Shown: positions 30,148-38,467 of the stretch, piece after piece
Layout: each line of letters opens with the position of its first letter
Numbering within the stretch: position 1 is the stretch's first letter
Virus record (IMG/VR): IMGVR_UViG_3300016469_000245
Location: 1-60,825 of that record
From: a virus
Lineage: Duplodnaviria > Caudoviricetes
Direction: 5' to 3' (one strand)
Length of the DNA: 60,825 bases
Position numbers and translations under genes: made by a program
Notes under the pieces: generated by a model
Databases searched by the model: none
What the model saw: only the letters and a program-made list of their open reading frames with translations
What the model was told of the DNA's origin: nothing

Positions 30148-30684
30148 TCACCCGCGCAGCACCGCGATGTCGATGTCGGACAGGCCGAGCGCCTTCGCTT
30201 TCTCCACAACCGCCTTGCGCTCATCCAGCTCTTTCTGCCGCCGGATGTCTTCGGGCGTTGCGACCTTCGCCGCGTGTCCGGCCCATAGGGGAATCCAGTC
30301 GTGCCCGTGCTGGTCCCGCATCACCTTGAACGGATTCACCTTGCCGTCGCAGCCTTGCACGTCGATTCCACGGGCAAGGCGGAGCGCGGTGGCTTCCATG
30401 TCGGCGACACCGACCGTGATGTTGAATCCCCGGCCCTCGGTCGCATCGGTGTTGCGGCGGATGGCGTACAGCGTGTGCCGCTCGGCGCACAGCACTCGCT
30501 CGTCCAACGCGGGCAATGCCAGCGCCTCCGTCGCATGATGGATCGCAACCGCGACCCTCGACGCGCGTTCTGACTCTCCCGACGCTTCGAGCCGAAGCTC
30601 CTTCATCGTGTCGATGCACAAGCGAAGCGCGCCCGCCTGCGTGGAGATGATTTGCGCGTATCGCAACACCTTGTCGTCGCTCAC
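30148..30684 (-). CDS. Hypothetical protein
   Basis: GTG start with AAGGGAG RBS; DATEGRG motif; KAKALGLSDIDIAVL tail. Confidence 0.6.
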   Translation of the reverse strand: MSDDKVLRYAQIISTQAGALRLCIDTMKELRLEASGESERASRVAVAIHHATEALALPALDERVLCAERHTLYAIRRNTDATEGRGFNITVGVADMEATALRLARGIDVQGCDGKVNPFKVMRDQHGHDWIPLWAGHAAKVATPEDIRRQKELDERKAVVEKAKALGLSDIDIAVLRG

Positions 30685-31427
30685 TTCTGCTCTCCCTTGT
30701 GGTCTTCCTTCAGCTTGTTGCACATCTCGCGCAGCCGGTCGGCTGTGATCGCGAGCTGCTCCGCGTGTTGCTCGGCGTACTGGATCGAGCGCTGGAGCTG
30801 CGCAGCGCCGTTGATCGCTTTCGCCATGCGCTGCACGTCGTGGCCGTACAGCAAGTCGATGCCCGTCATGCGCTCCAGCTCGACAGCGCGCGAGACGATC
30901 TTCTGCGCTTGCTCGCGGACGTGGCTGATCTTCAGCTCGGCGAGCCTCTCGGCTTCCTGCCTGTAGCCGGCCGTCATCGCTTTCGCTGCGGCCATGCGGC
31001 CTTCCTGCGCTGCCTCATGCAGTCGACGCATGATGCACACGGCGAAGCCCCACGGCACGACGTGCGTATCAGGTCTCCGCTCGGCCTGAACCACGACGCG
31101 CAGGGAGTCGCCCCGCTTCTCCAGCAAGCCCCATGCGCCGGGCAGCTCGCCTTCCTTCACCACGTCCGGCGTCGTCACCACCCACCACTCGTGGCACAGG
31201 CTCGCGAACCGCTCCGCCTTGTCGGGCTTCGACAGCTCCCGGAGCCAGTCGGAACGGCTCACCTTGCACTCGAAGCCCCGGACGTGCAGTCCGCGGCTCG
31301 GCCAGAACCCGACAGCAACGGCATCGGCGAACCCGCGCCCGGCGAATCCCGGACGGTCCGCAACCTCGAAGGCCACGAGCGCGTCCTTGCTGAACCGCTC
31401 GGAGATGAGCGTCTGGAGGCTCTTCAC
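30681..31427 (-). CDS. MmcB-like PD-(D/E)XK nuclease
   Basis: AFEV, ADAVAVGFWPSRG, GFECKVSRSDWLREL, CHEWWVV. Confidence 0.8.
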   Translation of the reverse strand: MKSLQTLISERFSKDALVAFEVADRPGFAGRGFADAVAVGFWPSRGLHVRGFECKVSRSDWLRELSKPDKAERFASLCHEWWVVTTPDVVKEGELPGAWGLLEKRGDSLRVVVQAERRPDTHVVPWGFAVCIMRRLHEAAQEGRMAAAKAMTAGYRQEAERLAELKISHVREQAQKIVSRAVELERMTGIDLLYGHDVQRMAKAINGAAQLQRSIQYAEQHAEQLAITADRLREMCNKLKEDHKGEQK

Positions 31428-31681
31428 GGCTCGTCACCCTGCTCTGCCGCCTCGATCTCTCGCTCCAGTCGCTTCTCGTCGCCATGCTTCACGAACGCGA
31501 ACAGCACCGCGAGCACGGAGCGGTTGATCCCGAGCTTCGCGACGGGCTCGTGCTGCGACAGCAGCCACGCCATCGCGCGGTCCATCCTCGCGATCTCCAG
31601 CCGCGCCGTCGCGAACTCCCTTTGGGCGGTCCAGCGCTGGACCGCATCGTCTGCTGCAAACAACCGCTGAAGACTGCTCAT
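31424..31681 (-). CDS. Hypothetical protein
   Basis: MSSLQRLF start with ATGA overlap. Confidence 0.5.
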   Translation of the reverse strand: MSSLQRLFAADDAVQRWTAQREFATARLEIARMDRAMAWLLSQHEPVAKLGINRSVLAVLFAFVKHGDEKRLEREIEAAEQGDEP

Positions 31682-32115
31682 CGGCGGCAGTCCTCGACGC
31701 GCGGATTGCAGCCGGCGGAGAGCTGGTACTCGCTCCACACGAACTCGCTCTCGAAGCTATCGCCGGAGATCGCATCCGGATCGGCGATCACGTAGAGCGT
31801 GACGCGCGGCGTTCCGCCGATGATGTCTCTCTGCGTCCAGCGCGCGCTGTATGCGACGCGGTTCTCCACCAGCTCCAGCGTGCCGTCGGGCAGGTAGGAC
31901 GCCACCGTGATGTAGCCAGTGCCGATTCCCGGACCCGGAACGCCGGGATGCGATTCATCCGACGCGAGGATCACGTCGAACTGGAACGGGATGTACCAGC
32001 GCTCGCCGTTCACGTCGTCGATGATCCGCACGAGATCGGGCATCGGCGACGGCGGCACGAGCTGCGCCGCGGCCAGCGCCGGGGCGAGTAAGAGCAACGC
32101 GATTGCACTACGCAT
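31678..32115 (-). CDS. Secreted/periplasmic protein with Sec signal peptide
   Basis: AAGGGAG RBS; MRSAIALLLLAPALAAA-Q signal peptide. Confidence 0.7.
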   Translation of the reverse strand: MRSAIALLLLAPALAAAQLVPPSPMPDLVRIIDDVNGERWYIPFQFDVILASDESHPGVPGPGIGTGYITVASYLPDGTLELVENRVAYSARWTQRDIIGGTPRVTLYVIADPDAISGDSFESEFVWSEYQLSAGCNPRVEDCRR

Positions 32116-32153
32116 GATACGGTCTCCCTTGTAACCGTAAGCCATTGATTCAA

Positions 32154-32462
32154 TTAGCCTTTCCGCCTCGGAGTGCGGTCCGGGTAAGTGCGCTCGCTCT
32201 GGATGCGGCCGTTGGTCGCGTGGATCACCACCTGAGCCGGGACGCGATGCACTTCCCACAAGTCGCGAGCCATCCCGCAGGCCGCATCGACGGCCAGCAT
32301 CTTCATCGAGCGGAAGCTCAACAGCTCGCGCCCGGCGAAGATGCCCCACCGGATGCGTGTCGGCCCCTTCTCGGCCTTGCCGTCGATCTTGAACGGGACG
32401 CCCGGCAGGGCGACCCGTGATACGCGCAAAACGGTGCGCTTTCTGTAGACCCTGAGACCCAT
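32154..32462 (-). CDS. DUF2188-like protein
   Basis: C-terminal A...AR...VVIHATNGRIQSERTY. Confidence 0.6.
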   Translation of the reverse strand: MGLRVYRKRTVLRVSRVALPGVPFKIDGKAEKGPTRIRWGIFAGRELLSFRSMKMLAVDAACGMARDLWEVHRVPAQVVIHATNGRIQSERTYPDRTPRRKG

Positions 32463-32491
32463 GATTTTCCCCTTCGCGTGGTCTGATTGTG

Positions 32492-32776
32492 CTACTGCCC
32501 GGAGGCAGGGTCAACGACGAGATTCAGCCGGTCCAGAAGGGCCCCGAAGCCCCTCCGTGTACGGCCTGATTCACCCCGCACCATCCACCGCTCGGTGCCG
32601 GGCCAGAAGTCCACCGTGAGCCCGTTGCGTCGGATGATGAGATGCGCGCCCTGATTCTTCTCCTGCATGTTGACGCCGAGCGCGCGAAGTGTGCTCGCGT
32701 GCGAAGCGCGACGCTCGCGCCGCTCTTCTTGCTGATGCCCTCTCATCGCTTGGAAGATTTCGATTTGCTCGCTCAC
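32492..32776 (-). CDS. Conserved phage hypothetical protein
   Basis: NQGAHLII...VDFWPGTERW...RRG; GTG start. Confidence 0.6.
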   Translation of the reverse strand: MSEQIEIFQAMRGHQQEERRERRASHASTLRALGVNMQEKNQGAHLIIRRNGLTVDFWPGTERWMVRGESGRTRRGFGALLDRLNLVVDPASGQ

Positions 32777-32985
32777 TTCATCTTCTCCAGTTTCTCGATC
32801 AATCGCGACGCTTCGCTCATCGTGAGCCCTTGCAGCCATTCGCTGAAGCTGCGCCCGATCCATTGATCGCTGATGCCGATGCGTCGGTGCATCACGCTGA
32901 TCGTGTTCGTGTCGAGTTCCATCTTCATCACCATGAGTTCGATCTTCGCGCGCTGCGCGCCGGTCGCTCGTTCAAGTGCGTGCAT
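32773..32985 (-). CDS. Hypothetical protein
   Basis: GGAG RBS; ATGAQ...LTMSEASRLIEKL. Confidence 0.6.
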   Translation of the reverse strand: MHALERATGAQRAKIELMVMKMELDTNTISVMHRRIGISDQWIGRSFSEWLQGLTMSEASRLIEKLEKMK

Positions 32986-33033
32986 CTTGGTCTCCAGTCG
33001 ATTGTTACAGATTGTGTCTTGATCTATGGGGGG

Positions 33034-33062
33034 TTGACACCGGGCTGATACGCGCGTATCGT
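33034..33062 (+). promoter_or_regulatory. Sigma70-type early promoter overlapped by a palindromic operator
   Basis: TTGACA (33034-39), 17 bp spacer, TATCGT (33057-62); perfect palindrome GATACGCGCGTATC at 33047-33060. Confidence 0.75.
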
Positions 33063-33190
33063 TCACACCATCGAGCTACGGCTCGTGACCGCTTAGACCC
33101 GCAGGAAGAACCCCCGGTACTGCGGCGAGTGCGAGAGGGACAGGCAGTGTGAGATGACTGCCGCGCCGGTACATCCCGGAAGCTGTGCAA

Positions 33191-33245
33191 GATCACTGGA
33201 GTCTGCCGCCCCGTGTGGGCGGCAGCATCGAGCGATCTCAGCTCG
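33191..33245 (+). repeat. Structured leader repeat, copy 1
   Basis: GATCaCTGGAGTCTGCC-gccc-loop-gggc-GGCAGCATCGAGCGATC..GCTCG. Confidence 0.8.
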
Positions 33246-33268
33246 TAACCCAACAAGGGAGCACCGCC

Positions 33269-33448
33269 ATGACTCGCAAAGACTATCAACTGATCGCCGA
33301 TTGCATCCGCACGCCGTACCTCGACGCGGCTCCGTACAGCTCGGAGCGCTCGCACATGGATCAGATCATCCAGAACTTCGTGCGGGAGCTTGGTCGCGAC
33401 AATCCGCGCTTCGACGCTGCCCGCTTCGTCGCTGCTTGCACGACGTGA
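33269..33448 (+). CDS. Conserved small early phage protein
   Basis: MTRKDYQLIA...DNPRFDAARFVAAC; AAGGGAG RBS. Confidence 0.75.
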   Translation: MTRKDYQLIADCIRTPYLDAAPYSSERSHMDQIIQNFVRELGRDNPRFDAARFVAACTT

Positions 33449-33498
33449 TCTCTGGAGTCTGCCCTCTGCACAGAGGGCAGCATCGAGCGATCCGCTCG
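33447..33498 (+). repeat. Structured leader repeat, copy 2
   Basis: GATCtCTGGAGTCTGCC-ctct-loop-agag-GGCAGCATCGAGCGATCCGCTCG. Confidence 0.8.
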
Positions 33499-33520
33499 GA
33501 ACGAAGTGAAGGGAGCCTCC

Positions 33521-33763
33521 ATGAGCTTCACCACCGTCTACACCAGAACCCGCAAGCCACGTGGATCGAAGGCTGCATTCAAGTACGCCTGTCGATACAC
33601 CACCAAAACCTTGACGCCGATGCACGCGCGAATCCGTTCGCGCTACCCAACCGCGCAGACTTGGGAAAACCCGGACCGCGTGATTCTGAACTTCGCGCCC
33701 GGATTTCCTCTCGTCACGCCGATTGTGATCGGCGGAAAGCTCATCGCTGGCGTTCACGCCTGA
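33521..33763 (+). CDS. Hypothetical early protein
   Basis: AAGGGAG RBS. Confidence 0.6.
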   Translation: MSFTTVYTRTRKPRGSKAAFKYACRYTTKTLTPMHARIRSRYPTAQTWENPDRVILNFAPGFPLVTPIVIGGKLIAGVHA

Positions 33764-33817
33764 CAACAACAGCGCGCCCCGCACCGGGGCGCGCATCACC
33801 ACGCAAGGGAGAACATC

Positions 33818-34030
33818 ATGACCATCGCACGCACACTGCACACCAACGAAGGCAAGTCCGTCGTCGTCACGTTCGACGAATACAACGTCGTGGACACGAT
33901 CACTGTGGACGGCCGCACCATTTCGTCCACGCATCCCATCGCGCGCCGCGTGCTCGCGAAGGCTGACGACATCCTCGCGGGAGCGATCCCGCAAGGCTTC
34001 CGCACTCCGCTCCGTCCGAAGAGGTACTGA
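33818..34030 (+). CDS. Hypothetical early protein
   Basis: AAGGGAG RBS, preceded by a hairpin at 33772-33794. Confidence 0.65.
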   Translation: MTIARTLHTNEGKSVVVTFDEYNVVDTITVDGRTISSTHPIARRVLAKADDILAGAIPQGFRTPLRPKRY

Positions 34031-34033
34031 GCC

Positions 34034-34336
34034 ATGATCCGCGAAGAACTGAAGAACCTCGCGCCCGTTGCCCGCGGCGACGGAAACGTGAACCTCTACA
34101 TCGGCGGATACAACGTCGCTCTCGCGTGCGCCCCGAAGTACGCGCCCGACATCATCCGCGCAGTGCGGTCGCACAACGAAATGGTGGAAGCGCTGGAGGC
34201 GGCGGAGCGACTGATTCGTGAAGCGCTGCCGAAGTTTAATTGGGGCGCGTCCGCGCTCGATGCGAACGCAATCCGCCTGCTGAACGAGGTTCCGGCCACG
34301 GTGCGCGCCGCCCTCGCCGCCGCCAAGGGAGGCTGA
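34034..34336 (+). CDS. Hypothetical early protein
   Basis: IIRAVRSHNEMVEALE...RAALAAAKG, a common phage early motif. Confidence 0.65.
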   Translation: MIREELKNLAPVARGDGNVNLYIGGYNVALACAPKYAPDIIRAVRSHNEMVEALEAAERLIREALPKFNWGASALDANAIRLLNEVPATVRAALAAAKGG

Positions 34337-34339
34337 GTT

Positions 34340-34624
34340 ATGCGCCCGCAGGATCGTGAAACCGTGCGCCGCTGGATCGTCAGCGGCGCCAGCCTGAACG
34401 ACGTGATCCGAGAGTCGCTTAATCGCGTCGGCGTGGTTGGCAACGAGCGTTTCAGCCCCCGCGCCACGCGGCTCTTCATCGAGCTGTGGACGTGGAGCGC
34501 GCCGCGCTACGACGGCACTGCCGGCAAGCGACAGACTCGCGCCTACGCTTGGGGCGGAATGCTTTTTCTCCACAACAGAAGGCAGCGCTGCGCGAAGATC
34601 GTCGCCGCGCTCAAGGGAGACTGA
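34340..34624 (+). CDS. Hypothetical early protein
   Basis: GGAGG RBS, tight packing. Confidence 0.6.
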   Translation: MRPQDRETVRRWIVSGASLNDVIRESLNRVGVVGNERFSPRATRLFIELWTWSAPRYDGTAGKRQTRAYAWGGMLFLHNRRQRCAKIVAALKGD

Positions 34625-34627
34625 ACC

Positions 34628-34906
34628 ATGCGCAAGTTCGTGATCGCCATCATTCCCGAGTTCCCCGGCAGGCCAGCCGGGGACATCGAGAGCGAGCTGT
34701 GGTACGTGGTATCGGTGTTCCGGGTCGGAGATCACCGGCCGAGACGGCGCATCGAAGGGCATGTCCGATCCGTGCCGGCGTGGCCTTACATCTACTCGCA
34801 CGCTCGGAACCACGCGAAGCGTTACCGCTCGGAGCTGGTGGCGCGGCGCGTCCTCGCCAAGCTCCGGCCGCGGCCCGGCCAACATCTCATCGTGCAACCC
34901 GCCTGA
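34628..34906 (+). CDS. Hypothetical early protein
   Basis: AAGGGAG RBS. Confidence 0.6.
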   Translation: MRKFVIAIIPEFPGRPAGDIESELWYVVSVFRVGDHRPRRRIEGHVRSVPAWPYIYSHARNHAKRYRSELVARRVLAKLRPRPGQHLIVQPA

Positions 34907-34916
34907 AGGAACCGAC

Positions 34917-35288
34917 ATGGACACACCGAACTCGAACCGCATCATCACCCTCACCGGCTTCGACGCCGTGTTCCTCGCCGAGATGGCGCAGCGCTCGCCC
35001 GAGACGCTCACGCCGACCGGCGCGTGGTCTTCCTCGATGCTGCACAAGGCGCGGCAGCTTGCGAGCGACGAGCCGTTCTCCGTGCGGCTGCGCGAAGACG
35101 CGAGACGGCTGGCGGAAGACGTGCTGCGCACGGACGCGCACCGCGTGTCGCCGTTGCCGACCGCTCCCTCCGAGCTGTCTCGCCGACTCCGCGCGCTCGC
35201 CAAGCTGGAGAGCACGAGCGACTTCGGTTGGAACATCACCGAACTCCAGCGCGCGGCGCTGGACCTGATCGCGGACAAGCTGCCATGA
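34917..35288 (+). CDS. Hypothetical early protein
   Basis: AAGGA RBS before ATG 34917. Confidence 0.6.
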   Translation: MDTPNSNRIITLTGFDAVFLAEMAQRSPETLTPTGAWSSSMLHKARQLASDEPFSVRLREDARRLAEDVLRTDAHRVSPLPTAPSELSRRLRALAKLESTSDFGWNITELQRAALDLIADKLP

Positions 35289-35545
35289 CCGAGACGCGCG
35301 CCGACAAGATGAAGCGCAACACTCGCAACCGCGAGCGCGCCATCCTTGAGTCCGGCGGGCGCCGGATCAACCTCTGGATCGACAAGGTGGCAGCAGCCGC
35401 CTTGTCGTCGATCATGGAGAAGACCAAGCTCAAGGCTACCGCAGCCATCGAGCTTGCCCTGATCGAAACTGCACGGCGTCATCGACGACACGTCAGTCCA
35501 GAGGAACAAGCGGCAAGCCCTGAAGCGTCGCATTCGACGCCGTGA
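35285..35545 (+). CDS. Putative ribbon-helix-helix DNA-binding protein
   Basis: GGRRINLWID strand then AAAALSSIMEK and TAAIELAL helices. Confidence 0.6.
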   Translation: MTETRADKMKRNTRNRERAILESGGRRINLWIDKVAAAALSSIMEKTKLKATAAIELALIETARRHRRHVSPEEQAASPEASHSTP

Positions 35546-35732
35546 TCTCGCCGTTCGTCAGCGCCTTCAGCGCGCGGTCGATCTCCAGCCAGTCCGCCTT
35601 GTAGAGCACTACACGGCGGACGCCGCGCGGCAACGTCACCGCAAGCATCTCGTCCGCCTTCTTGAGCACCTTCTTCGCGCCGGCCGGGAGCTGGCCCCGG
35701 TGTTCCTCGATCCGCGTACTGAAGCTCTTCAT
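35493..35732 (-). CDS. Hypothetical protein, counter-oriented in the early operon
   Basis: AAGGGG RBS before ATG 35732 (MKSFSTRIE). Confidence 0.55.
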   Translation of the reverse strand: MKSFSTRIEEHRGQLPAGAKKVLKKADEMLAVTLPRGVRRVVLYKADWLEIDRALKALTNGEITASNATLQGLPLVPLD

Positions 35733-35778
35733 GGTCCACCCCTTCGTCGCCTGCAAACATGACGCATGTTTGTGGGTG

Positions 35779-35807
35779 TTGACAAGTAGCACAAGTGCTA
35801 GTAGCGT
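35779..35807 (+). promoter_or_regulatory. Sigma70-type promoter with palindrome in its spacer
   Basis: TTGACA (35779-84), 17 bp, TAGCGT (35802-07); TAGCAC-aa-GTGCTA at 35787-35800. Confidence 0.7.
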
Positions 35808-35857
35808 TCACCCTGCCGGAACGATCCGGCCCACCCACAGCAGAGAGAGCCATCACC

Positions 35858-36844
35858 ATGCACCTGATCGACATGAGCAACAAGCGCGCCAACATCGCCT
35901 ACCTCGGCGAGAAGCCGTGGCACGGTCTCGGGTTCGAGATGCCGAAGGGCGCCGATCTCGACACGTGGCGCGTCGCCGCCGGCCTCGACTGGACGGCCGA
36001 ACGCGCCAACGCGCTGTACCTCGACAGCAAGGGCGCCGAGCGCGTCGTCGATGACCGCGTGATCCTGTACCGCAGCGACACCGGCGACGCGCTCGGCATC
36101 GTCTCCGACCGCTACCAGATCGTGCAGCCGAAGGCCGTCGTGGACTTCTACGAAGACCTGTGCGACCGCCACGGCTTCGCGATGGAGACGATGGGCTCGC
36201 TGAAGGGTGGCCGCATCGTGTGGGCGCTGGCGAAGACCGGTCTCTCCACGATCCTGCCGGGCTCCGACCGCGTGAACGCCTACGTGCTGCTCTACACCAG
36301 CTTCGACGGCAGCTTCTCGACCATCGCTCGCTTCACGTCGGTCCGCGTCGTGTGCAACAACACGCTCACGATGGCGCACGGCGCGACCGGCGGCATCTCG
36401 GTGGCGACCCGGCACAACACGGCCTTCAACGCCGACGCCGTGAAGACGCAGCTCAAGATCGGCGACGCCTTCGAGAGCTTCGACAAGAGCATCTCCCGGC
36501 TCGCGCAGTCCGGCGTGACGCAGGAACAGGCCGTGAAGTTCTTCCTCGACGTGTACCACGATCTCACCATCGAGGAAGCCGCCAAGCTCTCGGGCTCCGA
36601 GAAGAAGTCGGTGGACAAGACGATGGAGCGCCTTGCCGGCATCCTGCACAGCTCGCCGGGCGCAAGCCTGCCGTCTGCGAAGGGCACCGTGTGGGGACTG
36701 TTGAACGCAGTCACCTACGACGTGGACCACAACAAGCGGGCCCGCTCGGACGAGAGCCGCCTGCGCTCCGCGTGGCTCGGCGCTGGCGAGGCCCTGAAGA
36801 ACCGGGCTTTCGAGAAGGCTCAGAAGATCGCGGTCGCCGCGTAA
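35858..36844 (+). CDS. DUF932/DUF945-family phage/plasmid protein (TIGR03299-like)
   Basis: EKPWHGLG, AGLDW, LGIVSDRYQIVQP, GSLKGGRIVWALA, TSVRVVCNNTL, GTVWGLLNAVT. Confidence 0.9.
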   Translation: MHLIDMSNKRANIAYLGEKPWHGLGFEMPKGADLDTWRVAAGLDWTAERANALYLDSKGAERVVDDRVILYRSDTGDALGIVSDRYQIVQPKAVVDFYEDLCDRHGFAMETMGSLKGGRIVWALAKTGLSTILPGSDRVNAYVLLYTSFDGSFSTIARFTSVRVVCNNTLTMAHGATGGISVATRHNTAFNADAVKTQLKIGDAFESFDKSISRLAQSGVTQEQAVKFFLDVYHDLTIEEAAKLSGSEKKSVDKTMERLAGILHSSPGASLPSAKGTVWGLLNAVTYDVDHNKRARSDESRLRSAWLGAGEALKNRAFEKAQKIAVAA

Positions 36845-36892
36845 TCAACAGGGGGCCGGGCAACCGGCCCCCGCCTCGCAAGGGAGAAGACC

Positions 36893-37411
36893 ATGAAGCG
36901 TTCCGAATTGAAGGTGGGGATGGAAGTCGCGGTGCGCCAAAAGCGCTGGTGGCGCATCCCGGAGAAGCTGTACGTGAATGCGGTCGAGCCGCACCGGTTC
37001 GGCGCTGGCTATCGCATTCAGATCGACCCGAACGGCGGACACGGCGTGCTGGTGAACACCGACAAAGGCGTGACTCGGATCGAGCCGCTCACCTACCTCG
37101 TACCGTTCGATGTCGCGATGAAGAACTTTGAGGCTCATCGCGCCGCCGCCGAAAAAAACGCCGCGGCTCTGGCCCGAAGGCGCGACAACGAAGCGCTGCG
37201 GGGTCACTGGAACCATGCCGTGATGAAAGCTGCGCCTGCGCTGGCCCACGCGCTGATGCTCATCACCGGCAACGCGAAGCTGATCCCCGACCCGGCGATG
37301 AACGGCACCACGGACTGCTTCAGCGTGCCGACCGACGACATCGACGCGGCGAACCATGCGCTCATGCAGTGGCGTGAGTGCGAAGCGCTCCGTGCCAAGA
37401 TCGAGGACTGA
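36893..37411 (+). CDS. Hypothetical protein
   Basis: AAGGGAG RBS after a hairpin at 36851-36872. Confidence 0.65.
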   Translation: MKRSELKVGMEVAVRQKRWWRIPEKLYVNAVEPHRFGAGYRIQIDPNGGHGVLVNTDKGVTRIEPLTYLVPFDVAMKNFEAHRAAAEKNAAALARRRDNEALRGHWNHAVMKAAPALAHALMLITGNAKLIPDPAMNGTTDCFSVPTDDIDAANHALMQWRECEALRAKIED

Positions 37412-37413
37412 CC

Positions 37414-37653
37414 ATGCGCGACGCTCGTCACGAGCACAACCCGTCACCTGAGTACGCGAAGCGCCTGATCTCGCTTGCAGCGGAAAAGCACGGGAGCCGC
37501 AACAAGGTCTCGGAGATGTCCGGCATATCACGCCGGCATCTCCAGTACCTCGAACGCGGATTCCGCGTGCGCGCTGGTCGCAAGATTCCTGTGATGATGG
37601 ACTTCTCGATGCAGGTCGTTCTCGAATCCCTCGCCGGAGTATGCAAGCCATGA
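37414..37653 (+). CDS. HTH DNA-binding protein
   Basis: HNPSPEY...SRNKVSEMSGISRRHLQYLERG...MQVVLESL. Confidence 0.7.
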   Translation: MRDARHEHNPSPEYAKRLISLAAEKHGSRNKVSEMSGISRRHLQYLERGFRVRAGRKIPVMMDFSMQVVLESLAGVCKP

Positions 37654-38117
37654 AGTCGATCTCGATTGCGTGCCTGCTGTCAGTGCCCGTTTGGGCGATC
37701 ATCATGCCGTCGCCGCGCGAGTCCTACGCCGAAGCCCTGTGGGACAGCGAAGTCCAGTGCCTCGCCATCGCTCTCTGGCACGAAGCGAGAGGCGAGCCGC
37801 TCGAAGGGCGTCGCGCGGTGGCCGAAGTCATCCTGAACCGACGCGACTCCGGTCGCTTCCCGGACACCGTGTGCGAGTCCGTGACGCAGCCGGGACAGTT
37901 CGTGTGGTTCGTGAGCTGGCCCGTCGAGAAGCCGAAGGATTGGGACTTCTGGTACAACGAAGCCCATGAGCGGCTTCAGGAACGCGCGGATGGCATCTCG
38001 ATCCTCGACCGCCGCGTAACGCGGTTCTGCTCTCCGTCCGAGCACTGCAAAGGCAGCGCGCCCGGCGCATTCCGAATCGGCAACCATTACTTCTGGAGCG
38101 ACTCATGGACTCAGTAG
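37650..38117 (+). CDS. SleB-like cell wall hydrolase (Hydrolase_2)
   Basis: CLAIALWHEARGEP..GRRAVAEVILNRR..GRFPDTVC..V.QPGQF, IGNHYF; N-terminal hydrophobic segment. Confidence 0.9.
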   Translation: MKSISIACLLSVPVWAIIMPSPRESYAEALWDSEVQCLAIALWHEARGEPLEGRRAVAEVILNRRDSGRFPDTVCESVTQPGQFVWFVSWPVEKPKDWDFWYNEAHERLQERADGISILDRRVTRFCSPSEHCKGSAPGAFRIGNHYFWSDSWTQ

Positions 38118-38467
38118 AAAACCCGGCGGCGATCATGGTCGCTGCGTTCAAGAAGTGGCACCCGCTGCACTCCGTCACCGTTCGCTACGATGCGCCAGAT
38201 TCGCCTGAGACGCGACTTCCTCCGGGCGCGATCTCGTATTGCTGCCCGGACGGCTCGGACGGCTTCTTCATCGTGCTCAACGTCAATCATCCGATGCGAG
38301 AGCTGATGTCGTGCCTGTCTCGCGCGCTGGTGGCATTGCACACGATGCTTGCCGGGGGCTCGATGGATCAGCATATGGAAGAGTTCTGCAACACCTGCTG
38401 CGCCATTGAGGAAGCTGAGTCGCGCGCCGACAAGATCGCGGAAGCGAGCGCAGGGACGCCGCACTGA
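38105..38467 (+). CDS. Hypothetical protein
   Basis: 120 aa, GGAG RBS. Confidence 0.55.
   Translation: MDSVENPAAIMVAAFKKWHPLHSVTVRYDAPDSPETRLPPGAISYCCPDGSDGFFIVLNVNHPMRELMSCLSRALVALHTMLAGGSMDQHMEEFCNTCCAIEEAESRADKIAEASAGTPH

Noticed and set aside
33086-33190. Possible ribozyme or c-di-GMP riboswitch in the early leader
   Set aside because: Hairpins are present but I could not match hammerhead, twister, pistol or GEMM consensus cores by eye
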